64,000 nt of DNA from the IMG/VR virus record IMGVR_UViG_3300025168_000060. One strand, written 5' to 3'. The notes under the pieces are model-generated. The model saw nothing but the letters and a program-made list of their open reading frames with translations, was not told the origin of the DNA and did not search any database. The stretch comes from an uncultured virus (IMG/VR IMGVR_UViG_3300025168_000060) (taxonomy: Duplodnaviria; Heunggongvirae; Uroviricota; Caudoviricetes). A program made the translations under genes and the position numbers. This document shows, one piece after another, positions 7,017 to 20,000 of the stretch (position 1 is the first letter of the stretch; every line of letters starts with the position of its first letter).

Positions 7017-8866
7017 TGGCAAAGAGATTAACAGTATCAGATTTAGAGTTTGACGATATCAAAACAAATCTAAAAACATTTTTAAGACAACAAGACCAAT
7101 TCACAGATTATGACTTTGAGGGGTCAGCAATGGCAAGTATCTTAGATGTATTGGCATACAATACACATTACAATGCTGTATATGCTAACGTGCTGGCAAA
7201 CGAAATGTTTATAGATAGTGCTGACTTACGAAACAGTATTGTATCTCATGCTAAACAATTAGGCTACACAGCAAGAAGTGCTACGGCACCTTTTGCAGAT
7301 ATAACTCTTGTAGTCAATGACGCTAGTGGTGCAACTTTAACGGCTTCACAAGGTACAACTTTTCAAACTGACATTGGTGGTACAACTTACAACTATCTTG
7401 TTAAAGAAGATACAACAATTACACCAGTCTCAGGTGTTTATACTTTTTCTAATTTAGAAATCTACGAAGGTACTTTAGTCAATAACAAATACACCGTAGA
7501 TACAACAAATGCTGACCAAAGATTTTTAATTCGTAATGCTTTGGTAGATACAACAACTTTACAAGTTAAAGTTCAAAACAGTTCAACAGATTCCACAACA
7601 ACAACTTATACTCTTGCCAGTGACTTAGCAGATGTAACAAGTACATCATCAGTTTATTATTTAGAGGCAACGGAAGATAGTCAGTACGAAGTTATATTTG
7701 GTGATGGTGTTTTAGGTAAGGCATTATCAACAGGTAACATTGTTACATTGACATACATAGTTACAAACGGAGATGAAAGTAATGGTGCGTCATCTTTCAG
7801 TTTATCTGGTACAGTAGGAGGATTTTCTAATGTATCAATCACCGTTAATTCTGCTAGTGCAAACGGAGCAGAACCTGAAACGGCAGATAGTATTCGTTTC
7901 AATGCACCAAAAACTTATACAACACAGAATAGGGCTGTAACGGCAAAAGATTATGAAAGCAAAGTTAAACAATTATATCCAAATGCTAAATCAGTTCAAG
8001 TATGGGGTGGCGAAGATAACAGTACACCAGTATATGGTAGAGTGTATATCTCTATTAATCCTGTTGCTGGCGCTACGCTAACAAGTGCAAACAAAACTTC
8101 TATACTTACACAATTAAAAGATTTCAACATTGCAAGTATAACACCAATTATAGAAGACCCAGAAACAACTAAACTTGTTTTAACAACTACTGTACGATAT
8201 GACGCCAAGTCAACAACAAAAAATGCAGACAGTATCAAGTCTTTAATTTTGGCAGCAATTACAACATACAACGAAACTAATCTAACAGAATTTGACCAAG
8301 TGTTTAGACACAGTAAATATATTGAAACAATCAACAAGGTAGACCCTAGTATTCTTTCAAACATTACTACGTTAAAAATACATAAGTCATTTACCGCCAC
8401 AACAACTGGTTCAACAACATACACACTAAATTTTAATAATGCATTTTACAATCCACATAGTGGACATAATGCAACAGCAGGTGGTGTATTAGAAACATCA
8501 TCATTCAAAGTTTCTGGTGATACTACTAACGATTATTTCTTAGATGATGACGGACAAGGTAATGTAAGATTGTATAGAACGGCTGCAGGTGTAAGAACAT
8601 ACTCTAACACTACACAGGGTACAATTGATTACACAAATGGAACAATCACTATCAACAGTTTGCACGTTACAAGTGTAGGCAACGTAGATGGTGCAACATC
8701 AACTGATATAAGATGTACAGTTACACCTAACTCAGTAGATATCGCACCTGTCAGAAACCAAATCATTGAAATAGATGAAGTGAATACAAATGTCACAGTA
8801 ACGGCTGATGACTATGATACAACAACTGGTATAGGTTATACTACAGCGACAAGTTATGCGAGTTAG
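7016..8866 (+). CDS. gp6: Baseplate wedge subunit gp6
   Basis: LEFDDIK, FTDYDFEGS, LDVLAYNTHY, QNRAVTAKDY, VWGGEDN. Confidence 0.93.
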   Translation: MAKRLTVSDLEFDDIKTNLKTFLRQQDQFTDYDFEGSAMASILDVLAYNTHYNAVYANVLANEMFIDSADLRNSIVSHAKQLGYTARSATAPFADITLVVNDASGATLTASQGTTFQTDIGGTTYNYLVKEDTTITPVSGVYTFSNLEIYEGTLVNNKYTVDTTNADQRFLIRNALVDTTTLQVKVQNSSTDSTTTTYTLASDLADVTSTSSVYYLEATEDSQYEVIFGDGVLGKALSTGNIVTLTYIVTNGDESNGASSFSLSGTVGGFSNVSITVNSASANGAEPETADSIRFNAPKTYTTQNRAVTAKDYESKVKQLYPNAKSVQVWGGEDNSTPVYGRVYISINPVAGATLTSANKTSILTQLKDFNIASITPIIEDPETTKLVLTTTVRYDAKSTTKNADSIKSLILAAITTYNETNLTEFDQVFRHSKYIETINKVDPSILSNITTLKIHKSFTATTTGSTTYTLNFNNAFYNPHSGHNATAGGVLETSSFKVSGDTTNDYFLDDDGQGNVRLYRTAAGVRTYSNTTQGTIDYTNGTITINSLHVTSVGNVDGATSTDIRCTVTPNSVDIAPVRNQIIEIDEVNTNVTVTADDYDTTTGIGYTTATSYAS

Positions 8867-8869
8867 TAA

Positions 8870-11800
8870 ATGGCAAAATTTACTAAAAAAATAAACCCAC
8901 TAGTAAGTAGGCAATTTCCTCAACATATACAGGCCAATAATCCCTTATTGGTTGAGTTCATTAAACAATATTATGTGTTTATGGATTCTGCTCAGATTAC
9001 CATATCAAGTGTAACTGCTTCAGACCAAATCTTATTAGAAACAACTACAGAAGGATTTATTGCCTTAAATGCCACCAATGAACGTGGTAATGACGAAAAC
9101 GATTATATACTTAACGAACAAACAAGTGTAGGTGAATTTCAAAAAGGTGAAACAATTACAGGTGCAACGTCAGGCCAAACAGCAACAATACTTGCTGAAG
9201 ATACTGACAATTTAAAAATTTATGTAACAGCGAATAGTTTATTTGTTACAGGTGAAACAATTACAGGTAGTACATCTGGTGCAACAGGTGTCATAGGCAG
9301 ATACCGTGCCAACCCTAACGAGACAATTAATCAACTACTAGAATATGCTAACGTCAATAATACTATAGATGATTTCTTTACAGAATTTAGAAATACGTTT
9401 TTACAAACTATACCTAACACATTAACAGATGGTTTAGATAAGAGACAACTTACAAAAAATATTATAGACTTATACAAAAGAAAAGGTACAAAGAAAGGCC
9501 ATGAGATTTTCTTCCGTGCTTTATTTAATGAAACACCTGAGCTTTATTATCCTACTGTTGATATGCTTAGAGTATCAGATGGTAACTTTGAGAATGAACA
9601 GATAATCAAAGCAACGCTGAACTCACCAACTGACGGTAACATGAACAACTTGGTTGGTAAAACAATCACACAATTAGACATTGTAGGTAACGATACTGTG
9701 GATGCTGCTAGTTCAGTTATTGAAAGTGCAACTGTATCAACTGTAAGTTTAAATGGCATACCACATGACGTGGCAACATTTGTATTAAACAAAGTAAGTA
9801 CAACTGGTACTTTTGCCAGTAATGCAGGTGACGCCGTACTCATAGACGCTACAGATGATTCTGAAACGGATGCAGGTGATGAAATCATACTCAATGGTAC
9901 AGACGCTGATGGTACAAACGCAGGTGATAGATTAGTACAAAATACAAAATCAACTTTTGCAGGTATAGATAACTCAGACCCAGATGTTACAATCACATGT
10001 AATGTTGAAAGTGTTGTGGATGATGTTGATGTTACATCATCTGGTCAATACTATACTGTAGGTGAAACATTTACCTTTACAAAAGAAAAAGGTGGTACTG
10101 GTGCAATAGGACAAATAGAAGAAGTTACTTATGGTGTCATAGATAGTGTACAAGTAGAAAGTGGTGGGTCAGGTTATGCAGTAGGTGATGTTCTTTCAGT
10201 AACAAATCCTACAGACGGTACAGGTCTTGCAGGTAAAGTGGCGATAGTCAATGGTGGTTTTACTTTAGAGGGTGATGTACATGACGATGGCGTAATCATA
10301 CTAGAAGATGGTACAGATTTTCAACTTGTTATGGAAGCTAAAACCAATAGTAGCACAAATGATATAACTAAAATTAGATTAACAAATAAAGGTGGTGGAT
10401 ATCTTTCACTACCAACTGTAACGGTTACAAGTTCTACCGGTAGTAGTGCAACATTATATCCTGTTTCATCTAGTGTTGGTAATGCATTATCAGTTAAGAT
10501 GGTTGACCATGGGTTTAGATATGAGACACCACCAGAAGTTAGTCCTAAATTACATTTACAAATAGATACTGTATCTGCTGGTTTCTCAGATGGTGAAACT
10601 ATTACGGCAGAAAACGAAGACTTTATTGAATTAGAACCTTTTGAACAGGTAGAATTTACCATACTACTAGAAGACTTTAGACAATCAGTTTTAAGATTAG
10701 ATAATGAACATGGTGATATAATTTTAGAAGACGAGTTAGGTGGCGGACAAATTGCAGTAGAAGAATTTGTTACAGAAGCTGTACCTGAAAGTAAGGCACC
10801 TGATAGTTTATTGTTAGATGGTACTAATGGTTCAAGTGCAGACGCAGGCGATAGAGTACGATTTGACGAATACATTTTAAAAGATAATACAGATTACATT
10901 ATTCTTAATGGTACAAATGGCGATAGTGCAAACGCAGGTGGCAAAATACAGAGAGACGATACAGTTACCGTAAGTGCAACATTTGAATCTTTTAATACAA
11001 GTACAAACATTCTAACACTTACACAACCAACTGGTAACTATGATGATAAAGTGACCATTGCAGGTGGCACATCAGGTACTACTGCCAGAGTGAGAAACTT
11101 TAACACAGAAACACCACAAGCAACTATGATTGCAACTGTAGGTACGGCAATAGACACAGACGGTGGCTATACAGGTGTTGATGGCTTTGTTTCAGAAAGT
11201 ACAAAGAAGATACAAGACAGTTTATATTACCAAGATTATTCTTACATTATAAAAGTAGGTGAGAGTATCACAGAATGGCGAGACTACTTAAAATCTGCCG
11301 TGCATCCTGCTGGTTTCTACTTTGCAGGTGAAGTGAGTATAAGAACAAGACTAAATGCAAAAATGAAAACTGGTTACACTAGACTTTCTGGTCTTACTGA
11401 AACTGATGAAGTGATAGAGATACTATCTGTAATCTTTGGCGAGAAGATTGGTAGAAGACTAGGTACGGAAGATGATGGCTCATCTTTACGAGATAATCCA
11501 CATTTAGGTGTTGAGTTAGGTGCAAGTCTATCAGGTCGTGCATTGACATTGAAAGATGAAGTAAAGATAAAACTTAATCAACAACGAGATAGTGGTCAGA
11601 CAATACAAAGTACAAGTGTTACAACAGGATTTGTGTATGCAGGTGCAAGACTAAATACAATAGGTGATATGCCATTTACAGCATTTGGTAATGCAGTAGA
11701 AGGTGGTGGAGGTATGAGTGGTATTACACTTGCAACTTTACACGCATTAAAACTTACTGGAACACAAAACGATACAATTGACCAAGCAACAATTCAGATA

Positions 11801-11941
11801 GCTGACTTTGCAAGTTCAATGGGTACTCGTTTTGCCATACCAACAGAAATAAGTTTTGAAGAAGATAGTTTCAGTTCAGCAGGACCTGCCGCTATCTCAT
11901 TTGATAACCAAGTTAAGAAATTTGATGATAATACTCGTTAG
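8870..11941 (+). CDS. gp7: Baseplate wedge initiator (gp7-like)
   Basis: FIKQYYVFM, IIDLYKRKGT, IQDSLYYQDYSY, AVHPAGFYFAGE; position after gp6. Confidence 0.8.
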   Translation: MAKFTKKINPLVSRQFPQHIQANNPLLVEFIKQYYVFMDSAQITISSVTASDQILLETTTEGFIALNATNERGNDENDYILNEQTSVGEFQKGETITGATSGQTATILAEDTDNLKIYVTANSLFVTGETITGSTSGATGVIGRYRANPNETINQLLEYANVNNTIDDFFTEFRNTFLQTIPNTLTDGLDKRQLTKNIIDLYKRKGTKKGHEIFFRALFNETPELYYPTVDMLRVSDGNFENEQIIKATLNSPTDGNMNNLVGKTITQLDIVGNDTVDAASSVIESATVSTVSLNGIPHDVATFVLNKVSTTGTFASNAGDAVLIDATDDSETDAGDEIILNGTDADGTNAGDRLVQNTKSTFAGIDNSDPDVTITCNVESVVDDVDVTSSGQYYTVGETFTFTKEKGGTGAIGQIEEVTYGVIDSVQVESGGSGYAVGDVLSVTNPTDGTGLAGKVAIVNGGFTLEGDVHDDGVIILEDGTDFQLVMEAKTNSSTNDITKIRLTNKGGGYLSLPTVTVTSSTGSSATLYPVSSSVGNALSVKMVDHGFRYETPPEVSPKLHLQIDTVSAGFSDGETITAENEDFIELEPFEQVEFTILLEDFRQSVLRLDNEHGDIILEDELGGGQIAVEEFVTEAVPESKAPDSLLLDGTNGSSADAGDRVRFDEYILKDNTDYIILNGTNGDSANAGGKIQRDDTVTVSATFESFNTSTNILTLTQPTGNYDDKVTIAGGTSGTTARVRNFNTETPQATMIATVGTAIDTDGGYTGVDGFVSESTKKIQDSLYYQDYSYIIKVGESITEWRDYLKSAVHPAGFYFAGEVSIRTRLNAKMKTGYTRLSGLTETDEVIEILSVIFGEKIGRRLGTEDDGSSLRDNPHLGVELGASLSGRALTLKDEVKIKLNQQRDSGQTIQSTSVTTGFVYAGARLNTIGDMPFTAFGNAVEGGGGMSGITLATLHALKLTGTQNDTIDQATIQIADFASSMGTRFAIPTEISFEEDSFSSAGPAAISFDNQVKKFDDNTR

Positions 11942-11948
11942 AAAGGTG

Positions 11949-11956
11949 TATAAATA
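11949..11956 (+). promoter_or_regulatory. Late promoter 5 nt before ATG
   Basis: TATAAATA-GTAAC-ATG. Confidence 0.75.
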
Positions 11957-11961
11957 GTAAC

Positions 11962-12633
11962 ATGGCATACCAAGCAGTAGGAATAGGCAGTTCAGCGAAT
12001 GACGGAACAGGTGATACTTTAAGAGTAGGTATAGATAAAGTCAATGATAACTTTGTTGAGATATACACGGCTCTAGGTGCAGGTTCAACAACCGCATTAA
12101 AAGTAGTTACAGACGGTGCAAGTGCAGGACAGGCGTTAATTTATGACGCCAGCAATGAAAGATTTCAACCTGGTAGTGTTGCCATAAGTGCAACAATATC
12201 AACACTTACATTTGAAGGTGCAAGTGCTGATAGTTTTGAGACAACTTTAACTGCTGTTGACCCAACAGCAGATAGAACAATCAGTTTACCTAACGATAGT
12301 GGTACAGTAGTTATAGAAGGCGGGTCTCCTGCCGGTACAGCAGCTGCGTCAGATGAGGCGTCAAGTTCTGGTAACGTTACAAGTAATAATAGTAGAATAA
12401 GACATACTCTTACACTAGACGGTACTACAGCAGACAATGCTGAAATAGCTGATGTTACAGTTACATCAAACAAAGTTACAGCCAATAGTGTGATACTGGC
12501 AACAAGTACGGCTGCGGTAGATATACTCGTTCATACTGTTGCGTCAGGTTCATTCAAATACATAATCGTAAACAAATCAGGCGGTACTTTAGCAAATGAT
12601 AGCACCGTGATAACTAACTTTTTGGTACTATAG
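11962..12633 (+). CDS. Baseplate/fibre connector with gp9/gp10-like N-terminus and one fibre module
   Basis: GSSANDGTGDTLRVGIDKVNDNFVEIY; FEGASADSFETT...DPTADRT. Confidence 0.75.
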   Translation: MAYQAVGIGSSANDGTGDTLRVGIDKVNDNFVEIYTALGAGSTTALKVVTDGASAGQALIYDASNERFQPGSVAISATISTLTFEGASADSFETTLTAVDPTADRTISLPNDSGTVVIEGGSPAGTAAASDEASSSGNVTSNNSRIRHTLTLDGTTADNAEIADVTVTSNKVTANSVILATSTAAVDILVHTVASGSFKYIIVNKSGGTLANDSTVITNFLVL

Positions 12634-12642
12634 AGAAAGTGA

Positions 12643-12650
12643 TATAAATA
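12643..12650 (+). promoter_or_regulatory. Late promoter
   Basis: TATAAATA upstream of gp8. Confidence 0.7.
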
Positions 12651-12666
12651 GAAGTAAGGACATACA

Positions 12667-14055
12667 ATGCCAGCAATAATAACAAAAGATTTTAGAATAC
12701 AAAACGCCAGACAGTTTGAAGAAAGCTTTGGCGAAGCAGCAGATACTTATTACCTGGCAATAGGTAGACCACAAGCATTCGCAAATGACCAAGCATTTAA
12801 TGACGGAACAGATACATCACCACCTACACCAGTAGATAGTGTTGGTTCTGTAGATTATTATGTCTATGATGACTTGATGTCAGCAAAAAAGATTACAAGT
12901 TCAGATGTATCACTAGCAATACCAAGAAAAAATTGGGTAACTGGTACAACTTATGACCATTACAGACATGATTATGGAGAAATTAATAGTGCAGGTAATA
13001 CTATTACAGCAAATAGTGGCGCTTCAACAATATTTGACGCTAACTTTTATGTAATGAATAGTACCTTTGACATATACAAAGTTATAGACAATGATGGTAA
13101 CACGGCTTCAACAACTGAGCCAACTGGTAACAAATCAACAAGTGTGTTTAGTACGGCAGACGGATACAAATGGAAATACATGTATTCATTAACAAGTGCT
13201 GAACAAGCAAATTTTCTTTCAACAGACTTTATGCATGTCTCAACTGAAAGTACAGACTACTCAACAACTGCCGGTGCAATAGAAAATGCTTTTGTTACTG
13301 CTGGTGGTAGTTCAGGAACAAATGGTACTTACACTAACGTTGATATTCGTGGTGATGGTTCAAGTGGTAAAGCAACAGTAGTCGTTTCTGGTAATGCAGT
13401 AACAACAGTTACAATAACAACTGCCGGTTCTGGTTACACTTATGCAAGTGTATTAGCGTCAGACATTGGTGGTACTTCAGCTTCAGATATAGACTTCATC
13501 ATATCACCTCCAGGCGGACATGGTTCAGATTGTATCGCTGAGTTAGGTGGTTTCTTTGTAATGACCAATGTTGATTTTGCAACAAGTGAAAGTGGTGAGT
13601 TCAATACATCAAATGATTTTAGAAGAATTGCTTTATTAAGAAACCCAACAGATAGTACGACAGGTTCAACGGCAACTGCTTCAACACTTGACGCTACAAA
13701 GTCAATAACTTTTGCTTCAGGTGCAGGAACTTTCCAAGCAGATGAAAAGATTACTCAAGCAACTTCTGGTGCAATAGGTTTTGTTGTTGATTATAATAGT
13801 ACAACAAGAGTGTTACGATATATACAACCACAATTTGCAAACCAAGGAGTAGATGCTAGTGGCAATAATACGGCGTTTAGTGGAACAAATACAGTTACAG
13901 GCGCTACGTCAAGTGCAACAGGCACACCAACAGCAATAGATGTTACTCCAGAATTAACGGCAGATACAGGCGACATACTGTATATTGAAAATAGAAAACC
14001 AATTAGCCGTGCTTCAGACCAAACGGAGAATGTTAAGTTAATTGTAGAGTTTTAG
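12667..14055 (+). CDS. gp8: Baseplate wedge subunit gp8
   Basis: MPAIIT, YLAIGRP, FYVMNS, DGYKWKYMY, GDILYIENRKPISRASDQTENVKLIVEF. Confidence 0.9.
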   Translation: MPAIITKDFRIQNARQFEESFGEAADTYYLAIGRPQAFANDQAFNDGTDTSPPTPVDSVGSVDYYVYDDLMSAKKITSSDVSLAIPRKNWVTGTTYDHYRHDYGEINSAGNTITANSGASTIFDANFYVMNSTFDIYKVIDNDGNTASTTEPTGNKSTSVFSTADGYKWKYMYSLTSAEQANFLSTDFMHVSTESTDYSTTAGAIENAFVTAGGSSGTNGTYTNVDIRGDGSSGKATVVVSGNAVTTVTITTAGSGYTYASVLASDIGGTSASDIDFIISPPGGHGSDCIAELGGFFVMTNVDFATSESGEFNTSNDFRRIALLRNPTDSTTGSTATASTLDATKSITFASGAGTFQADEKITQATSGAIGFVVDYNSTTRVLRYIQPQFANQGVDASGNNTAFSGTNTVTGATSSATGTPTAIDVTPELTADTGDILYIENRKPISRASDQTENVKLIVEF

Positions 14056-14064
14056 GAGATATAA

Positions 14065-17000
14065 ATGGCAACAAATTTTAATGTCTCTCCTTACTATGAT
14101 GACTTTTCTGAGGGTAATAATTTTCACAGAGTTTTATTTAGACCTGCTTATGCAGTTCAGGCAAGAGAATTAACACAATTACAAACTATATTACAAAATC
14201 AAGTCGCAAGATTTGGTGAGCATATCTTTAAAGATGGTAGTATGGTCATACCTGGGTCAGTTACATACAATTCAAAATATGATTATGTAAAACTGGCAAG
14301 TCATACAACATCAACTGTTTCCAACATGGTAGGTTTAACAGTAACAGGTTCTAGTTCAGGTGTAACCGCAGAGGTAGTAAATAGTTCAGAAGCAAGTACA
14401 ACGGCAGCCGCAACAATCTATGTTGTTTATACAGCGTCAGGTACAGATACAACAACAAAAACTTTTACTGAGGGAGAAACTTTAACATTTACATATAACA
14501 GTATATCATCAAGTTCTGTCGTAGGTACTTCAGGTACTTCTTTACCAACAGATAGTAATGCTATTGGTCAAGGTAGTTCAGTAAATGTACAAGATGGTGT
14601 ATATTTCATTAATGGTTTCTTTGTAAAGAATACTGAACAAACACTTATACTTGACCCATACACAAACACACCAAACTATAGAGTAGGTTTTACAATTACA
14701 GAAAGTTTTCAAACACCTGAGAATGATAGTTCATTAACAGACAATGCAACTGGTTCATCAAACATTAATGCTGCTGGCGCACACAGATACAAAATTGTAT
14801 TAACACTTTCAAAAAAACTTACAACTGATACAGACGATACAGACTTTGTTGAATTAGTAAGAACAAAATCAGGTAACTTAGAAAAAATTGTTAAAAGAAC
14901 AGAATATGGTGTATTAGAAGAAACATTGGCGAGAAGAACCGCAGACGAAAGTGGTGACTATGTTATTAAAGCATTTGATTTAGATGTAAGAGAACATCAA
15001 AATGACGGTAGTAACCGTGGTATATTCTCAGCAGATAGTGAAGGTTTATTTGATGGTCTCAGTACAGAAAACTCAGAAGCAAGATTGGCGTTAGGTTTAT
15101 CTCCAGGTAAAGCATACGTTAAAGGGTATGAAATAGAAACAACAAGTCAAAAATTTCTGACGATAGAAAAAGCAAGAGAGTTTGATACTATACAAAACAG
15201 TACAACAAGATTATCTGTAGGTAACTTTGTAGAAGTTACAAACGTACACGGTAGTCCAGACCTTGGTACTGTATCAGGTGAAACAGAAGCATTTAAAGAA
15301 TTACAATTATTTAAAGATAAGGTATCAGTACGAGGCACACAACCAGCAACAGAAAATGTTGATGTAAAACAAATTGGTCGTGCCAAAGCAAAGTTCTTTG
15401 AATATAAATCAGGTACTGCTGGTGCGTTATCTACAAATATTACATCAATTTATAAACTAGGTTTATTTAACATTGATATGTTCCAACATTTGGCAGTAAG
15501 CACAAATGTTTCATATGACACAGGCGAAACACTTACTGGTGCAACATCAGGTGCAACTGGTATCATTGAAGAAATATCTGCCTCTACATCTACTGACCCG
15601 GATGCATTTATTACGGAAGAAGGTGACGCTTTAGTTTTAGATAGTACAGACGGTGCTTCTCAAACAGACGCAGGTGACCAAATCATACTAGAGCAATCTG
15701 TATTAACAACAATTGTTATAAGTAATGTATCTGGTAGATTTAGTGCAGGTGAAACTGTGGCTGATGAAAGTTCTAATAGTGGTGCAATACTGGCTGATTT
15801 ATCAGACAGAAAAGGTGTAACAGAATATCAATTCGCTGAAGTGAAGTCAGTAGGTATGGCAGGTTCGCCAACATTTACGGCTGACGCAGTATTAACAGTA
15901 ACAGCGGCAAACGAAGAAGATGAAAGTAACGTTACGTTATCTGGTGCAATCAATGTGGTTGCAGGTTCAACAGTAGTCAATGGTAACAATACTAAATTTA
16001 CAAGTGAATTAAAAATAGGTGATAACATTGTCTTTGAAGACGATAGTGGTACACAGTATAGTCGTTTTGTTTCCTCTATTACAACAAACACATTAATGGA
16101 AGTAAGTGCTCAAGTACCTACAATTACAACAAGTGCAAGTACACAAAGAAGAAGAACAAAATTACAAGACACTGCTGATACATCTTTAGTATATAAATTA
16201 CCTGAAGCAGTTATCAAAACATTAAAGACTACTACCAATGCAGGTATCACAGATACAAGTCATAAAGTACGAAGACAATTCGTAGATACTTTATCTAGTT
16301 CTGGTGTGGCAACTTTTAGTGCAGGTGCAAACGAAACATTTGACGCTCACACAGAAGGAGATTTCACATTATCAATAATGACCGCAGGTGCAAGTGATGG
16401 TGCTGTTGGTGATATTATATCACTTTCTGGTAATAACCATGAGGGTGCGGCAATCTTTACTTTAACAGGTTCACCATCAGGCAGACAGTTACAAGTAGAT
16501 TTAGGTGCCAACTTTGCAACGGCTAAAGTTAAGTTGATTGCAACAATAACAAGAGGTGTTGCAGGTGAAAAAACTAAATCACTACAAACAGGTATTACAA
16601 CAACTGTTAGCACAGAGGCTCTTGCAACAGAAAAAACAATTAGTTTAGGTAAGGCAGATATCTTCGCCTTAACAAGTGTCTTTATGGCACCTGACTTTAG
16701 TACGGCTGCAACAACAAGTCATACTGATATCACAGACAGATTTACACTAGACACAGGACAAAGAGATAGTTACTACGACATTGGTCGTATTGTGAGAAAA
16801 GATAATACACAAAATCCTACAGGTAGATTGTTAATTACTTTCTCTCATTTCAATCATGGTACTGGTGATTACTTCTCAGTAGATAGTTATTCAGGTGTTG
16901 TAGATTACGAAGACATACCTTCTTTTGATAGTCCAACAAAAGGTAAATTAGAATTAAGAGATTGTTTAGATTTCAGACCTAGAGTATCAGATAGTTCAAA

Positions 17001-20000
17001 CGTAGTAGGTTTTGGTGGTGTAGATAGTATTGGTGCAAAAGATTATATCAATGCAGGTGCTTCAACAGTAGATATTCCAAAACCTAATAGTGATACAACA
17101 CTAGACTTTGAATTTCATTTAAGCAGAATAGATGGTATCTTTATGACGAAAGAAGGTCTATTCAAACAGGCAAAAGGTACACCGGCAATTGACCCACAAA
17201 GACCAGAAGCAATTGATGACGCTATGTCATTATATTACATAAAACTACCACCATTTACTTTCAATACAAGTGACGTACAAATTGTAACTATGGACAATAG
17301 ACGTTACACAATGAAAGATATTGGTAAGTTAGAACAACGATTAAAGAATGTAGAATACTATACTCAGTTGTCATTGTTGGAACAAACAGCCATCAATACA
17401 CAGGTGCAAGACGCTACAACAGGTTTAGATAGATTTAAAAATGGTATCATAGTAGATAGTTTCAAAGGTCACAATATTGGTGATGTGTTATCAGGTGAAT
17501 ATAGATGTTCAGTTGATATGAGTGAGGGTGAGTTAAGACCAGAATTTAATGCTGACAATGTAAAACTTATTGAGTTAGCTGCAACAGACACAGACGCTGA
17601 AAGAACAACTGCTGGTTATCAGAAAACAGGCGATTTAATTACCCTACCATATTCACATGCAGAAATGGCAAAAAATCCATATGCAAGTAAGTCCGTTAAT
17701 TGTAATCCTTTCTTAGTATTTCAATATAAAGGCGACATTGCATTAACACCTGATGTTGATGAGTGGTACGATACAACAAGAAGACCAGACTTAGTTATTA
17801 ATGATAATAACTTGTTTGATACAATGTCTAATCTTGCAGGAGGTGGTAACAGTTTAGGTACAGTTTGGAATAACTGGCAAACTAACTGGTCAGGTACTTG
17901 GTCACAATCTTCTGGCGCACAACAAGGTAATATAAGTGTAGGTGCAAGTGTAAGTGGTACAGTTACAACAAGAACAAGAACAGGTATTACAAGAGAGATT
18001 GCAGGTTCAAATGTACAAAGACAATCATTTGGTGATAGAATTGTTGATATTGCATTTATACCTTTCATTAGAACACAAGATGTTGCATTTAGTGGTACAA
18101 GATTAAAACCAAACACAAAAGTTTTCCCTTTCTTTGATAACGTATTAGTTACAAGTCATGTAACACCAACAAGTGGTGTAAAAGGTGGTAACTTAGTTAC
18201 TGACGCTAATGGTTCTGTATCAGGTACATTTACAATACCATCAAGTGATACAGAAAGATTTAGAACAGGTGATAGAGTATTTAGATTAACAAGTTCATCA
18301 ACAAATACTACTATTAATGATGATGTTGATACTTTTGCTGACGCTACATATACTGCTCGTGGTTTGCAAACAACTATGGAAGAAACAATACAATCTACAA
18401 GAGTTCCAATTATTAGAGCAAATACAGTATCAGAATCAGATACAAGAAGAACAGTAGATAACATTAGTGCTGGTATTAGTATTGAACAACCAGAAGATAA
18501 TAGAGACCCTCTGGCACAAACATTTATGGTACAAGATTTAGAAGGTATCTTCTTAACAAAAGTAGATTTATTTTTTGAAGAAAAAGACAGTACAGTACCA
18601 ATTAAAGTTTATCTAGTAGAAACAATTGAAAGCAGACCAGGTAGAAGAATTATACCATTTAGTGAAGTAACGGTCCCTGCTGCTGACGTTAACGTAAGTT
18701 CAACGGCTGCAACAGCAACTACTGTAACATTCTCAAGTCCTGTTTATCTACAAGGTGGTAAAGAGTATGCAATTATTCTAAAACCAGATAGTCAGAAATA
18801 TAAAGCATGGGTAAGTAGATTAGGTGATACAGACGTTACTACATCAACAAGAAGAATTACAACTCAACCTTTATTTGGTTCTTTATTCCGTTCACAAAAC
18901 GCAACATTGTGGAGTGAAGACCAAATGGAAGATATGAAACTTACTTTATACAAAGCGACATTTACAACAGGTACTACAGGTACTTTAAGTTTAACAAATG
19001 ACGCTCTGCCAGTAAGAACATTAAACAATAACCCTATTGAGACAAATGCAACTGCCGGTTCAGGTACAACTTTTGGTGGTAACCCAGCGATAGTAAAAAT
19101 TAATCACTTCGCTCATAGTATGAACAGTAGCAAACCTAGTAAGGTAACAATTGCAGGTCTATCAGGTTCAACTGATTTCAATGGTATTTTAGGAAGTGCA
19201 ATCAATGGCACACATGATGTTGGTAACGTAACTGAGGACAGTTATACAATCACCATAACAGGTGACGCAGCTACATCAACAGGTAGTGTAGGTGGTTCAA
19301 GTGTAACCGCAACTGAGGACCGTGCCTTTGAAAGTATTATGCCTAAAATTGGTATGCAAAATTTCCCTGATACAGTATCAGAACACACTATTAAAACAAC
19401 AAGTACAAAATCTATTGATGGTACAGAAACACCTTATTCAACAAGTGCTGACTTTACAAAAATTGTACCAAATGATAACTTTTACTTTAGTACCGCTCGT
19501 GCCGTACTAAGTGGTGTAAATGAAACAAATCATTTAAGTGGTACTAAATCTTTATTTTATAACATAACTTTAAATAGTGTAAATGCAAATTTAAGTCCTG
19601 TTATAGATATGGCAAGAACAAATATGTATGCAATACACAATAGACTAGATAGTCCTACTGCTAGCAATAGAACAGGTTTTGTTGCAGAAACAGATAAATC
19701 TGGTGGTAGTGTTGCAAGTAAATACATTACAAGAGAGATTGCTTTAGAAACACCGGCAACCGCCTTAGATATTAGAATGGCTGCAAGTGTATTCCCTACA
19801 AGTGATATAGAAGTATTCAGAAAAGTAAAAGGTGCTGATGATGATAGAGAAATGAAAGATATACCTTATGTACAAATTACACAAGCCAATACGGCAATAA
19901 GTTCAGAAGGTAGAAGTCAATCACCTTATAACGAAAACTTTAAAACAGATTTCTTTGATTATGAGTTTAGTGAAGAAGGTATAAAAGAATTTCAATCATT